Positions 1 to 8,556 are shown, counted from the first letter of the stretch. The stretch: 14,338 nt of DNA from Campylobacterota bacterium (GCA_034717975.1 JAYEMF010000078.1:1-14338); one strand, 5' to 3'. Notes: generated from the letters alone by a model not told the origin. A program made the numbers and translations.

Positions 1-235
1 GGCAGGTTCTTGTCAGCGTAGCAGGGCTACGGTGGCAAGGTTCTAACGCAGACTCACGGACATGTATGTAACGCCCTTCGGGAGGGCAAATAAGGCACAA
101 TCTTCCGTCCTAAAATCTCTTGCACCCCAAGGGCAGGCTTCGCACATTTACCTATGGGTAGTCCTTCAAGATTTTAAAACGAAATCTTGCACCTTCTTTG
201 CCCTCTGATGATATCCAGGGTTTTTAGAGGTGCCC
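1..235. mobile_element. Probable MITE/REP-like non-autonomous palindromic element, truncated by the left window edge
   Basis: Non-coding stretch packed with nested inverted repeats: 9-22/26-39 (12 of 14 match), GCCCT/AGGGC at 73-87, and 82-118/169-205. It ends in GGGTTTTTAGAGGTGCCC (218-235), which from memory resembles the terminal inverted repeat of IS-derived MITEs. The partner TIR and any target-site duplication are not visible in the window. Confidence 0.45.
82..205 (-). repeat. 37-bp imperfect inverted repeat (long hairpin)
   Basis: Left arm 82-118 is GAGGGCAAATAAGGCACAATCTTCCGTCCTAAAATCT; the reverse complement of right arm 169-205 is GAGGGCAAAGAAGGTGCAAGATTTCGTTTTAAAATCT. 29 of 37 positions are identical, and 5 of the 8 mismatches become G-U/G-T pairs on the minus strand. 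Confidence 0.85.
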
Positions 236-256
236 TTTATAGAACACGGAGTAATT

Positions 257-673
257 ATGCAAACTACTACAGAGTTATTAAAATCTTATGAACTGAAAGT
301 AACGCCACAGCGTATGGCTATTGTGGAAGAGTTGGCTTCATTTGGTCATCTTGGCATTGATGAGCTCTATCAGAAGCTGACCAAACGTTTTCCGACGATC
401 TCTTTGGCAACCATCTATAAAAACACCAATGCTATGGTGGAGAAGCTTTTTGTGCAGGAGGTCAAGCTCCCTAATCAAAAATCAAAATATGAACTGGTTA
501 AAGCTGAACATGCGCATGTGATCTGCGGTGTATGCGGCAGAGTCGAAGATATCACTCTTGACACCGAGTCAATGGTCGATGAAGTGAGCCGTATCAGCCA
601 CTATAAGATAGAGCGGGATGATCTGGTCTTTAGCGGAATCTGTCCTGCATGTATGGAAAAAGAGAGCGCCTGA
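257..673 (+). CDS. perR: Fur-family transcriptional regulator, PerR-like (138 aa)
   Basis: LKVTPQR, H..IDELY and ISLATIYKN winged-helix motifs; HAHVICGVCG and C-terminal CPAC (two CxxC zinc sites). Closely resembles Campylobacter PerR. The ATG at 257 with GGAG at 248-251 is preferred over the GTG at 230. Confidence 0.88.
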   Translation: MQTTTELLKSYELKVTPQRMAIVEELASFGHLGIDELYQKLTKRFPTISLATIYKNTNAMVEKLFVQEVKLPNQKSKYELVKAEHAHVICGVCGRVEDITLDTESMVDEVSRISHYKIERDDLVFSGICPACMEKESA

Positions 674-1615
674 TCAGGCTGCTTTCCCCATCAAAAGGAT
701 CAATTTGTTCACGAGTTTCATATCGAGTTGATCTTTCATCGTGACTTTCATAGTCTTGAAGCAGGTGAAGTGTGATTCAGCCTGTTTATAAGTCCGGTTG
801 GTAGACAGGGCATCAAAAATATCGGCGATGGTTACAATCTGAATCTCCAGTTCGATCTGCTCTTTGGTCAATCCTTTACAGTAACCGCTGCCATCGAGTT
901 TTTCATGATGATGGCGTACAATATTTAAGATGTTCTCATCGGTCTCACCCATCATCTTCAAGATATCATAGCCCAAGTCAGGGTGGTTTTTAATCGTCTC
1001 AAACTCATCAAGTGTCAAACGCCCCGGCTTGTTGATAATACGCAGATCGATTTTGCTTTTACCTATGTCATGGAGCAGGGCACCGGCCCCGAGTTGTACA
1101 AGTTCATGCTCTTTGAGACCAATTTCCCTGCCCAGAGCCAATGCATAGATGGCGACGTTCACACAGTGGGAGTAGGTGTCGAAATCACGTGATGTGAGTT
1201 TGAGAAGTGCTTCGGTGTGGACACGGTTGTTGACGATCTCGGTGACCATGGATTTAATGTACTCTTTTGACTGGATGATGGCAGTTTGGGAGATGCCGCC
1301 GTCAAACATGTGCTGCATCTGATCATGTATGGAGCTGTGCAGAAGCTGAGCACGCTCATCTGAACGCATTTCCGGGTTTTTAAGCAGCTCATGGATGGTT
1401 CTGGCATGATACTCAAGCAGTTTTTTCTCATCATCACTGCGGATATAGAGTGCTTCTACACGATTGTTGATCAGTTCATTGCGTTTTTGTTCACTAAAGT
1501 GCATACCGGCTTTTGTAAAGACCGCTACCTGACCGTTTTTATATTGTAAAAAAAGATCAAAACTGACCGGATGATCAACAAGCAGTTGATTAAGCGGTAA
1601 AGATGTATAACTCAT
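674..1615 (-). CDS. HD-GYP domain protein (putative cyclic-dinucleotide phosphodiesterase)
   Basis: Motifs TYSHCVNVA, LLHDIGK, IINKPGRLT..EF..IK.HP, HHHEKLDGSGYCKGL and IADIFDAL...R.YK. The GYP motif is present as GYC. Confidence 0.9.
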   Translation of the reverse strand: MSYTSLPLNQLLVDHPVSFDLFLQYKNGQVAVFTKAGMHFSEQKRNELINNRVEALYIRSDDEKKLLEYHARTIHELLKNPEMRSDERAQLLHSSIHDQMQHMFDGGISQTAIIQSKEYIKSMVTEIVNNRVHTEALLKLTSRDFDTYSHCVNVAIYALALGREIGLKEHELVQLGAGALLHDIGKSKIDLRIINKPGRLTLDEFETIKNHPDLGYDILKMMGETDENILNIVRHHHEKLDGSGYCKGLTKEQIELEIQIVTIADIFDALSTNRTYKQAESHFTCFKTMKVTMKDQLDMKLVNKLILLMGKAA

Positions 1616-1621
1616 GCGGGA

Positions 1622-1627
1622 ATTTTA
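1622..1627 (-). promoter_or_regulatory. Putative sigma70 -10 box (TAAAAT) for the HD-GYP gene
   Basis: Minus strand reads TAAAAT-tcccgc-ATG, with AT-rich sequence upstream and no Shine-Dalgarno. Confidence 0.5.
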
Positions 1628-1692
1628 ATTTAAATAAGCTGATTTTATGCTTTTTGATCGTTCTTTTTACCTTCAACATACATAGCTTTTCA

Positions 1693-1698
1693 TATAAT
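1693..1698 (+). promoter_or_regulatory. Putative sigma70 -10 box (TATAAT) for the ABC transporter gene
   Basis: Perfect TATAAT followed by cgtgc-ATG. Periodic T-tracts upstream are typical of Campylobacterota promoters. No Shine-Dalgarno. Confidence 0.55.
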
Positions 1699-1703
1699 CG
1701 TGC

Positions 1704-3476
1704 ATGCAGACAATAACCTGGCGTACCCTTTTACAAGAGACCAAGCCTTTTCGCAAAAAGATCATCATCGGACAACTGATTGCAGTAGTGGCAGTTATTG
1801 TGAGTCTGCCGATCCCGCTGATGTTTCCGTTGCTGATCGACCAGGTACTGCTTGATCAGCCGGCATGGCTGGTCCGTACGCTTGAACGGCTTTTTCATCC
1901 GGATGAGCCTTATATATATATTCTGATTGTACTCTTCACGACACTCTTTTTACGCTTTGGTTTTTCCACTCTCAATATTTTGCAGTCCCGTCTGTTTACC
2001 ATCGTTTCCAAGAGTATGGTCTTTTTTATAAGAAAGCGCATTCTTGAACATCTGAAAAAGGTCTCTGTTGCCGAGTATGAAGCGCTTGGCGGGGGCGGCG
2101 TAAGTGCGAAACTGGTGACAGATATCGATACGGTTGACACCTTTGTCGGGGTAAGTATCGGGCGATTTATTGTCTCATCACTCTCCATGATCGGAATTGC
2201 CGGGGTGCTGCTTTACATTAACTGGCAGTTGGCATTGATTATTCTGATCATGAACCCGTTGGTCGTGACGGTCACGGTGATGCTTGGACGTCGCATACGC
2301 AAATTGAAACGTACGGAGAACCAGAAGATCGAGTCGTTTCAGAACAAGCTCTCCGAGACACTTGATCTGTTTGTGCAGATCAGGACGCATAATCAGGAGG
2401 AGCGTTACATCGCTTCAATGATCGAGAATGCTGAAGATATAAGAAAAGCGTCAAGTAGCTTTGGCTGGAAAAGTGACGGGGCCTCTCAGCTCTCCGGCTT
2501 TATCTTTCTGACTGGGTTTGAATTTGCCCGGGCGGCAGCGATGATCCTGGTACTCTTCTCCAACCTCTCTATCGGTGAGATGTTTGCCGTGATGGGCTAC
2601 CTCTGGTTTATGGTGACACCGCTGCAGGACCTGCTTCAGATCATCTTCTCCTACCAGAATGCCACCAGTGCCCTTGAACGTCTCAATGCGCTTCTTTTAC
2701 TGAAACAGGAGCCGGAGTATCCGCATCTGCATAATCCTTTTGAGGTAAACAGTACCAATACCATTGAACTGGAGAATGTCAGCTTCGCTTACAGTGAAAA
2801 AGAGGTGCTGCATAATGTCACCATAAAGATTCCAAAAGGTAAAACTGTCGCCCTGCTTGGGCATAGCGGCAGCGGTAAGACAACACTGGCACATGTCATT
2901 CTCGGACTCTATCCTGCATCTTCCGGAGAGATACTTATTGATGGGATTCCTATGACACAGATAGGGCTTGATCGATTGCGTGAACATATAGCCCTTGTTC
3001 TGCAGACACCGCGAATGTTCAATGATACCCTTCGTCACAATCTCACACTGGGGCGTGATATTCCTGATGCTACACTGTATGAAGCACTGCATGTGGCGCA
3101 ATTGGGTGAAGTGGTGGAAAAACTGACCGATGGTCTTGATACGCTTATCGGCAAAGAGGGAATCCGCCTCTCGGGCGGTGAGCGTCAGCGGCTGGCTATT
3201 GCCCGGATGCTGGTCTCTGAACCCAATGTGATCATTCTGGATGAGTCGACATCGGCACTCGATATCCACACTGAAAATGATCTCTTCAGATCGCTCAGAG
3301 GCTATTTGGAAGGCAAAACAATGCTGATCATCGCACACAGGCTCAGTACTATCGAACATGCCGATCTGGTCTATGTGATGAAAGAGGGAAGGGTGATCGA
3401 GTCGGGTACGCCTGCCGAGCTACTGGGGCTGGGCGGTCACTATCACGCTTTTGTCAATGACCAGAAACGCAGTTAA
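1704..3476 (+). CDS. ABC exporter, fused permease/ATP-binding subunit (MsbA/Sav1866-like half transporter)
   Basis: N-terminal multi-TM domain; Walker A GHSGSGKT, Q-loop LVLQ, signature LSGGERQR, Walker B IILDESTSALD, H-loop IAHRLST. No C39 peptidase domain. Confidence 0.95.
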   Translation: MQTITWRTLLQETKPFRKKIIIGQLIAVVAVIVSLPIPLMFPLLIDQVLLDQPAWLVRTLERLFHPDEPYIYILIVLFTTLFLRFGFSTLNILQSRLFTIVSKSMVFFIRKRILEHLKKVSVAEYEALGGGGVSAKLVTDIDTVDTFVGVSIGRFIVSSLSMIGIAGVLLYINWQLALIILIMNPLVVTVTVMLGRRIRKLKRTENQKIESFQNKLSETLDLFVQIRTHNQEERYIASMIENAEDIRKASSSFGWKSDGASQLSGFIFLTGFEFARAAAMILVLFSNLSIGEMFAVMGYLWFMVTPLQDLLQIIFSYQNATSALERLNALLLLKQEPEYPHLHNPFEVNSTNTIELENVSFAYSEKEVLHNVTIKIPKGKTVALLGHSGSGKTTLAHVILGLYPASSGEILIDGIPMTQIGLDRLREHIALVLQTPRMFNDTLRHNLTLGRDIPDATLYEALHVAQLGEVVEKLTDGLDTLIGKEGIRLSGGERQRLAIARMLVSEPNVIILDESTSALDIHTENDLFRSLRGYLEGKTMLIIAHRLSTIEHADLVYVMKEGRVIESGTPAELLGLGGHYHAFVNDQKRS

Positions 3477-3760
3477 GCTATTCTGACATTAAAGACATTG
3501 ACAAGGTTTAGATCTTTAAGGATACCGTAGAGACGCTCATCCGATACTTTCATGGAGACACGGACACCATCTTTTTGAATGACTTTGTTGATATAGCCGA
3601 TGACCGACGAGGTCATGGACATGGAGTTGTCAAGGATGAACTCGACACTGTTCCCGGTAGTGGTAATTGTATCGACCGCGTTTTTGATCTCCTGAAAGTC
3701 CTGAATACTTTTAATGTTTCCATCTATGGTGATGGTTGAACCGCTTCTTGTCAGTGTCAT
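3473..3760 (-). CDS. Stand-alone STAS-like protein (anti-sigma-factor antagonist family)
   Basis: 95 aa with a STAS-like pattern: ITIDGNI, SMTSSVIG (equivalent to FMDSSGLG, candidate phospho-Ser51) and ILKDLNLVNVFNV. AAGGA RBS at 3770-3774; ATGA overlap with the upstream gene. Confidence 0.75.
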   Translation of the reverse strand: MTLTRSGSTITIDGNIKSIQDFQEIKNAVDTITTTGNSVEFILDNSMSMTSSVIGYINKVIQKDGVRVSMKVSDERLYGILKDLNLVNVFNVRIA

Positions 3761-5817
3761 GTTGTTGATTCCTTTTGTTTAGATGTAGTTGAGATTTTGT
3801 TAATGGTAAAGACGCTGTTCCCTTTGGCATTGTAGTAGATACCGTTGGAAGACCTTCTGCTGATGTAAACTCCCCTTCCGTTAAAGTTGTTGGCCCGGTA
3901 GAAGATGTCGTGAAGCAGCTGGGTGTCAAAGCCTTCTCCTTCATCGGTGATCATCGTGACAAGATAGTTATGACCAAGATGATCGATATTATAGAGGTTG
4001 ATGAGGGTCTGTTTATCACACTCCTGCTCTCTTTCACCCAAAACGTCCCAGTAGTCACCGCTTTCGATCAGATGATGTTTCTCTCTACCGGTAATCCCAA
4101 GGTTACCGTGCTCGTAGGCATTGAGCAGGAGCTCGGTGAAGGCATATCCGGCATGATCAAGCAGCTCCTGGTTATGGTAGTAGGAATCCAGCTGCTCGGC
4201 ATACCACTGATCGGCTTCGCCGAGCGCACTCATGGAGCAGGAGATGGATTTTGTTGCAATAAGGTGCTTTTCAAATTCGAATTTGCTCAGAAAAATAAAG
4301 GTCATATCATCTTCCTGGGGACCAAGCCTCTCTTCAATTGCACGGTGCATGTCATCACGGGTCAGGGCTTTTGAAAAGTCTTCTTCGATATAGCTCATAT
4401 AGAGATCATCGGTATCTTTTAGACTGTTTTCAACCAATCCGTCACTGTAGATCAGTGTCTGTCTGATCATTTTCCCATTCAACTGATCTATCTTGAAATC
4501 GCTTCCGTATTTGCTGATAGGTGGATTGTTGGAAGGGGTTTTGTGAATGTTGCCTTTATAATCGAGTGTCAGGATGGCAGGCATGGAGAAGCTGGCATAC
4601 TCGAAGAGGTGATTTGGACGGTCCACCCTGATGAAATGGGCAGAGACGATCTCATCTTCAAGTAGAATGGGGCGAATATAGGCAAGGGCTTGAGTGATGA
4701 TGGGATCTAGCGACAGCGGTTTGTTATGGTGAAGTGCCTGATCGATCGTGTGATTGATATAGGCAGTAAGGAGCATGGCAGTCAATGAAGCTGAGACGCC
4801 TTTACCCATACCGTCGATGATCATATAAAAGTTTATATCATCCCCAAGACGGCGAATGCTGTATGTGTCACCACATAAGATATCTAAGGGTTTATAGTAG
4901 GAGTCGATGAGGCATACACCGTCTCTGATCTCATCATCACATAGTTTATAGTAGTAGTCATTGCGGATGATGTTAAGCTGCTTTTTAAAGGCAAGCTCCT
5001 CCTGATAGGAACTGTACTCTTTGTGTTTTTCAAGCCGTTCGCGTTCCACTTCCCGTTCGGTCACATCATAACGTATCGAGATAAATTCGATGACCTCGCC
5101 GCTGGTATCTAAAATAGGGATGATGGTCGAATCAGCAATGAAAGAAGAGCCTGATTTTGTCTGGTTCTTAATGATGCCGTGCCAGTGCTCTTTGTTCTGA
5201 ATAGTCTGCCACATTGCTTTGAATGTCTCTTGTGGTGTATCGGGGTGACGAACGATATTGTGCTGTCTGCCGATCAGCTCCTCGTGCGAGAAACCGCTAA
5301 TCTCACAAAAGGCATCATTGGCATAGGTGATGATGCCTTTTGGATCCGTCTTGGTTACCATAGAACTGACATCGACAACCGCTTTGTACTCATTGAGGAG
5401 ATGTCGGCTCTTTTTGAGCTCTTTTTGCAGGAGGATCTTCTCACTGACTCTCTTGAATGTATCATTAAGTTCGGTCATATTGACCGGTTTTAAAAGATAG
5501 TAGTGAATTCCACTTCGAATAGCCTCATGCAGATACTCGCTTTCGTTAAAGGCTGATGAGATAATGATGGGTGTGTCGGGATTTAGTTTCTGAATCGCCC
5601 GACTCATTGTCAGACCGTCCATACGCGGCATCTGGATATCGGTCAGCACTATGTCTGGATGATGCTCTTTGTAGAGGGTTAGCCCCTCTTCACCATCAGA
5701 GGCAATGAAAAGTTTTTGGCAGAGAGGTTTAAAGATCTCTGCAATAATTTCCTGGGTATGAGGGTCATCTTCCACATAGAGCAGTGTTAGTTCCTTCAAA
5801 GAGGGAAGTTCTGACAA
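3757..5817 (-). CDS. Hybrid response regulator: REC-PAS-PP2C(SpoIIE) phosphatase-GHKL (RsbW-like) Ser kinase
   Basis: REC: YVEDD, LTDIQMP (D60), LLKP. PAS: TDPKGIITYANDAFCEISGFS..ELIG..HNIVRHPD. PP2C: CGDTY, IDGMGKG, YSDGLVE, EDDMT. GHKL: FTELLLNAYEHG, ITDEGEGFD, GRGVY. The TTG start lies 3 nt after the MCP stop. Confidence 0.88.
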   Translation of the reverse strand: MSELPSLKELTLLYVEDDPHTQEIIAEIFKPLCQKLFIASDGEEGLTLYKEHHPDIVLTDIQMPRMDGLTMSRAIQKLNPDTPIIISSAFNESEYLHEAIRSGIHYYLLKPVNMTELNDTFKRVSEKILLQKELKKSRHLLNEYKAVVDVSSMVTKTDPKGIITYANDAFCEISGFSHEELIGRQHNIVRHPDTPQETFKAMWQTIQNKEHWHGIIKNQTKSGSSFIADSTIIPILDTSGEVIEFISIRYDVTEREVERERLEKHKEYSSYQEELAFKKQLNIIRNDYYYKLCDDEIRDGVCLIDSYYKPLDILCGDTYSIRRLGDDINFYMIIDGMGKGVSASLTAMLLTAYINHTIDQALHHNKPLSLDPIITQALAYIRPILLEDEIVSAHFIRVDRPNHLFEYASFSMPAILTLDYKGNIHKTPSNNPPISKYGSDFKIDQLNGKMIRQTLIYSDGLVENSLKDTDDLYMSYIEEDFSKALTRDDMHRAIEERLGPQEDDMTFIFLSKFEFEKHLIATKSISCSMSALGEADQWYAEQLDSYYHNQELLDHAGYAFTELLLNAYEHGNLGITGREKHHLIESGDYWDVLGEREQECDKQTLINLYNIDHLGHNYLVTMITDEGEGFDTQLLHDIFYRANNFNGRGVYISRRSSNGIYYNAKGNSVFTINKISTTSKQKESTT

Positions 5818-5820
5818 CGG

Positions 5821-7800
5821 TTATACTTTAAACTGGTTCAGCTCTTGTTTGAGCTCATTGGATGAGTTGGCAAGTTCAGTCGATATATGTTCTACGGTAC
5901 GGCCCAACTCTTCATTATCGCTGGCTGCAGAGACAATGGCTTCCATGGCTGTAATGAGCTCTTTTGTACGGGTTGCAATATAGGTACTTTTTGTCATGAC
6001 AGCGGTTGACTTTTCACTGGTGACACCAAGTTTTTCTTTGGTGTCCTGGGCATCAGAACTGAGAGTCTGTGCTGATGATGAGATCTGATTCATATCTTGG
6101 GATGTGTGCTCCGTATCACTTGAGATCTCATGAATGTTTTGAGTGATAAGGTTGACATTGGCGCTGATCTCGCTCAGGCTTTTTTGTGTGCGTTCTGCCA
6201 GTTTTCTGACCTCATCGGCAACAACGGCGAAGCCGCGTCCATGTTCACCTGCACGGGCCGCTTCAATAGCTGCATTGAGGGCCAGGAGATTGGTCTGGTC
6301 GGCAATATCACCGATGATGGTAAGAACTTCCTGAATATTTTTGGCCTGTTCCGTCAATGAGTTTACTTTGGTGACAAGATCGTGCTGGCGGTTGGTTCCC
6401 TCTTCGATGCTGTTAACGACATTGTCCAGTTGACTGACAAAAGAGTCGAGTGTGTCTACCGTGATTTCAAGATCTTCTACCGTCGTGATCGATGCTTCTT
6501 CAACACTGTTTAGTTGTGCGCCTACATCGGTAACGAGGGTGTCGACACTGGCGATCTCATTTTTTTGATTTTGGATATTTGCAACAAGATTGTCAATGAT
6601 CTCATCCAGTTTGGTACTTTGCTGTGCGGTAGAGTGGGAAACAGTTGTAGAAGCTTGAATGCTCTGCTGGAAGGCGGCGATCATCTCATTGACTGCGAGG
6701 GCGATATGTGCCAACTCATCCTGCTCATTATGGGTGTCGATCGGAGCAGAGAGATCTTTGGTCGAGGCGATGGTCTGGATCTGTCTGAGGCTGTCAGCCA
6801 CCGAACTGTTGATGCCACGTCTGACCCAGAGAAGGATACCGATCAGGGCAACACCAAATACGATAGAGAAGAGGAGCATTGTAGCCGCTTCAGTATTGGC
6901 CTGAGAGTTGAGTTTTTCAATAGTCTCATCATTGATCTCGGCAATGGTGTCATCAATTCCTTTGAGGACATTGATCTTTTTGGTGATCGTTTTGAACCAG
7001 TGTACGGCATCGGTGTTGAACCCACCGCTGATGGCATTCTCCCGGGCGACCGTTCGCATCGCATCAACCGCACTGACACTCGGGTCTTTCATCCCATTGT
7101 TAAACGAAGCAAGCATCTTCTTATCAGCCAGTGCAACAAAGGAGTCGGCATAACTTACCTGTTCGGCAACAAGGGTGATCCATTTGGCGAACATGCCCGG
7201 TCCGAAAGAGTCCTGGGCAAAGGTTCCGCTCAGTACGGCACGCTCGATCCCTGCACGCTCTTTAGATTTCAGGAAATTGGTATAGGCCGAGAGGGATTTG
7301 ACCAGTTCCGCATTTTGGCTCAGCTTGGCATTGAGACCGGCCACATTAAGGATGTGGCGGTTCATAGTAGTATAGAAGACGACCGCATCTTTGACAGAGG
7401 CTTTGAGTGATTTGACATCGGAGCGCATGGCCTCAATTCTGGAGAGGTAGTTGTTTACTTCATTGATCTCTTTTTGGAGCTCGCCGGAAAAATCATTTAA
7501 ATCCATTGTGTTCAAATAACTTTTATACTCATTGTGGCGTTTATCGGTACTGCTGTGCTGTGCAGGGAGGATATCAACGAACTTTGTCCCTTTTGAACCG
7601 ATGAAACCGGCACTGGCACCGCGCTCTTTTTGCGTTTCGTGGATAAGAAGGCTCAGTTTTTTGGAGAGTCCATTGAGGACAGAGATCTCTTGAAGCTGCT
7701 GTTTTTCTGTTACGGCAGTATAAACAGTTTTACCAATGTTCAGCACAACAAAGATAGAAATGAGTAGAACCATCAGGTTCAGCTTTTGTTTGATCGTCAT
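5821..7800 (-). CDS. Methyl-accepting chemotaxis protein with periplasmic NIT (nitrate/nitrite-sensing) domain
   Basis: Two TM segments flank a sensor domain carrying the NIT-type motifs HETQKERG and [15 protein letters not shown] ([13 protein letters not shown]) and signalling hairpin [46 protein letters not shown] at 7809-7813. Confidence 0.93.
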   Translation of the reverse strand: MTIKQKLNLMVLLISIFVVLNIGKTVYTAVTEKQQLQEISVLNGLSKKLSLLIHETQKERGASAGFIGSKGTKFVDILPAQHSSTDKRHNEYKSYLNTMDLNDFSGELQKEINEVNNYLSRIEAMRSDVKSLKASVKDAVVFYTTMNRHILNVAGLNAKLSQNAELVKSLSAYTNFLKSKERAGIERAVLSGTFAQDSFGPGMFAKWITLVAEQVSYADSFVALADKKMLASFNNGMKDPSVSAVDAMRTVARENAISGGFNTDAVHWFKTITKKINVLKGIDDTIAEINDETIEKLNSQANTEAATMLLFSIVFGVALIGILLWVRRGINSSVADSLRQIQTIASTKDLSAPIDTHNEQDELAHIALAVNEMIAAFQQSIQASTTVSHSTAQQSTKLDEIIDNLVANIQNQKNEIASVDTLVTDVGAQLNSVEEASITTVEDLEITVDTLDSFVSQLDNVVNSIEEGTNRQHDLVTKVNSLTEQAKNIQEVLTIIGDIADQTNLLALNAAIEAARAGEHGRGFAVVADEVRKLAERTQKSLSEISANVNLITQNIHEISSDTEHTSQDMNQISSSAQTLSSDAQDTKEKLGVTSEKSTAVMTKSTYIATRTKELITAMEAIVSAASDNEELGRTVEHISTELANSSNELKQELNQFKV

Positions 7801-7905
7801 ATTTAATGTCCTTCGAACGCTTAAAGCGGTGATTTCTTTTTGCTTATATTTCCAATTTAATTACTTTAGCCGTTAGCATCTTAAAAAATACTATATCTTC
7901 GGTGC

Positions 7906-8388
7906 CTATAGGCCTAAAAGCTCTTTTGACACGGTTATGATACCATCACCATCTGCCAGGAGATAGTCACCGTTTCGAAAGGTGACATTTCCAAAGCTGA
8001 GTTCAATGTCCCGTTCACCCGGCTTTTTATCGTGGCTTTTGCGTGGACAGGTGCCCAGCGCCCAGAGTCCGACCGGAATGGTGGAGGTGATATGCGTATC
8101 ACGGACATAGCCGTTGATGATGATACCGGCCCAGTTGTTGTCCCGGGCAAACTTCATCAGGTTTTCGCCCACAACGGCATAATAGGCCGTATTGACGTCA
8201 ACCACAGCGATACGTCCGTTTCCGGGTTCTTTGAGCATGGTAATAAGATCAGTGTTCTCATCATTCAGTTTAAGTGTCGCGACGGGACCGTAACATTTTT
8301 CAGCCCCTCCATAGGATTTATATTCAGGTGTTAAAACCTGTACCTTTTCGCGATGTTCATCACAGATGTCTGCAGTGAAAAATTTCAT
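7906..8388 (-). CDS. rraA: RraA-family protein (RNase E inhibitor / HMG aldolase-oxaloacetate decarboxylase fold)
   Basis: Motifs TADICD, YGG...C.GPVATLK, PGNGRIAVVDV, AVVGEN, WAGIIINGYVRD and GDYLLADGDGII; 160 aa. AAGGA RBS at 8394-8398. Confidence 0.9.
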   Translation of the reverse strand: MKFFTADICDEHREKVQVLTPEYKSYGGAEKCYGPVATLKLNDENTDLITMLKEPGNGRIAVVDVNTAYYAVVGENLMKFARDNNWAGIIINGYVRDTHITSTIPVGLWALGTCPRKSHDKKPGERDIELSFGNVTFRNGDYLLADGDGIITVSKELLGL

Positions 8389-8403
8389 ATTTTTCCTTAT
8401 TTT

Positions 8404-8483
8404 GGGAAGAGGGAAGGGGGAAGAGGAAAGAGGCTGAGGCGTACGCTCTTTTTTCTCTTCCCACTTTCCCCTTTCCTCTTCAC
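8404..8483. repeat. Heptamer-built purine/pyrimidine inverted repeat
   Basis: Left arm 8404-8432 is GGGAAGA GGGAAGG GGGAAGA GGAAAGA G; the reverse complement of right arm 8455-8483 is GTGAAGA GGAAAGG GGAAAGT GGGAAGA G (24 of 29 match). A perfect GCGTACGC palindrome sits in the loop (8439-8446). Confidence 0.85.
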
Positions 8484-8494
8484 TTTATTGAGGG

Positions 8495-8500
8495 ATTATA
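8495..8500 (-). promoter_or_regulatory. Putative -10 box (TATAAT) for rraA
   Basis: Minus strand reads ttttttctgTATAAT just upstream of the heptamer hairpin. Confidence 0.5.
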
Positions 8501-8520
8501 CAGAAAAAAATCTACGATTG

Positions 8521-8528
8521 GATAGAAT
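8521..8528 (+). promoter_or_regulatory. Putative extended -10 box (GaTAGAAT) for the glutamate mutase operon
   Basis: Matches the Campylobacterota gnTAnaAT pattern and ends 28 nt before the glmS ATG; back-to-back with the rraA promoter. Confidence 0.5.
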
Positions 8529-8556
8529 TACGGACATATTAAGTTAAAGTAGTTGA

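Noticed and set aside
1..235. 6S RNA or another known ncRNA as the explanation for the long hairpin
   Set aside because: I could not recognise the 6S central bubble or conserved sequence, and the TIR-like end favours a MITE. An Rfam scan would be needed to exclude it fully.
230..256. GTG start extending PerR to 147 aa
   Set aside because: The GTG lies inside the putative terminal repeat. The ATG at 257 has an RBS and matches the usual PerR N-terminus.
2697..3359. 220-aa minus-strand ORF
   Set aside because: Antisense to the conserved ABC ATPase domain; a common shadow ORF.
1704..3476. ABC exporter as the dedicated exporter for the mutase/ligase product
   Set aside because: It is about 5 kb away, separated by an unrelated operon and has its own promoter; nothing in the sequence links them.
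6514..7410. 298-aa plus-strand ORF, and other ORFs overlapping the MCP
   Set aside because: Antisense or alternate-frame shadows of a well-supported gene, with no recognisable motifs.
8353..8547. 64-aa ORF in the rraA-glmS spacer
   Set aside because: Its low-complexity sequence is simply the translation of the heptamer inverted repeat, and it overlaps the rraA start.
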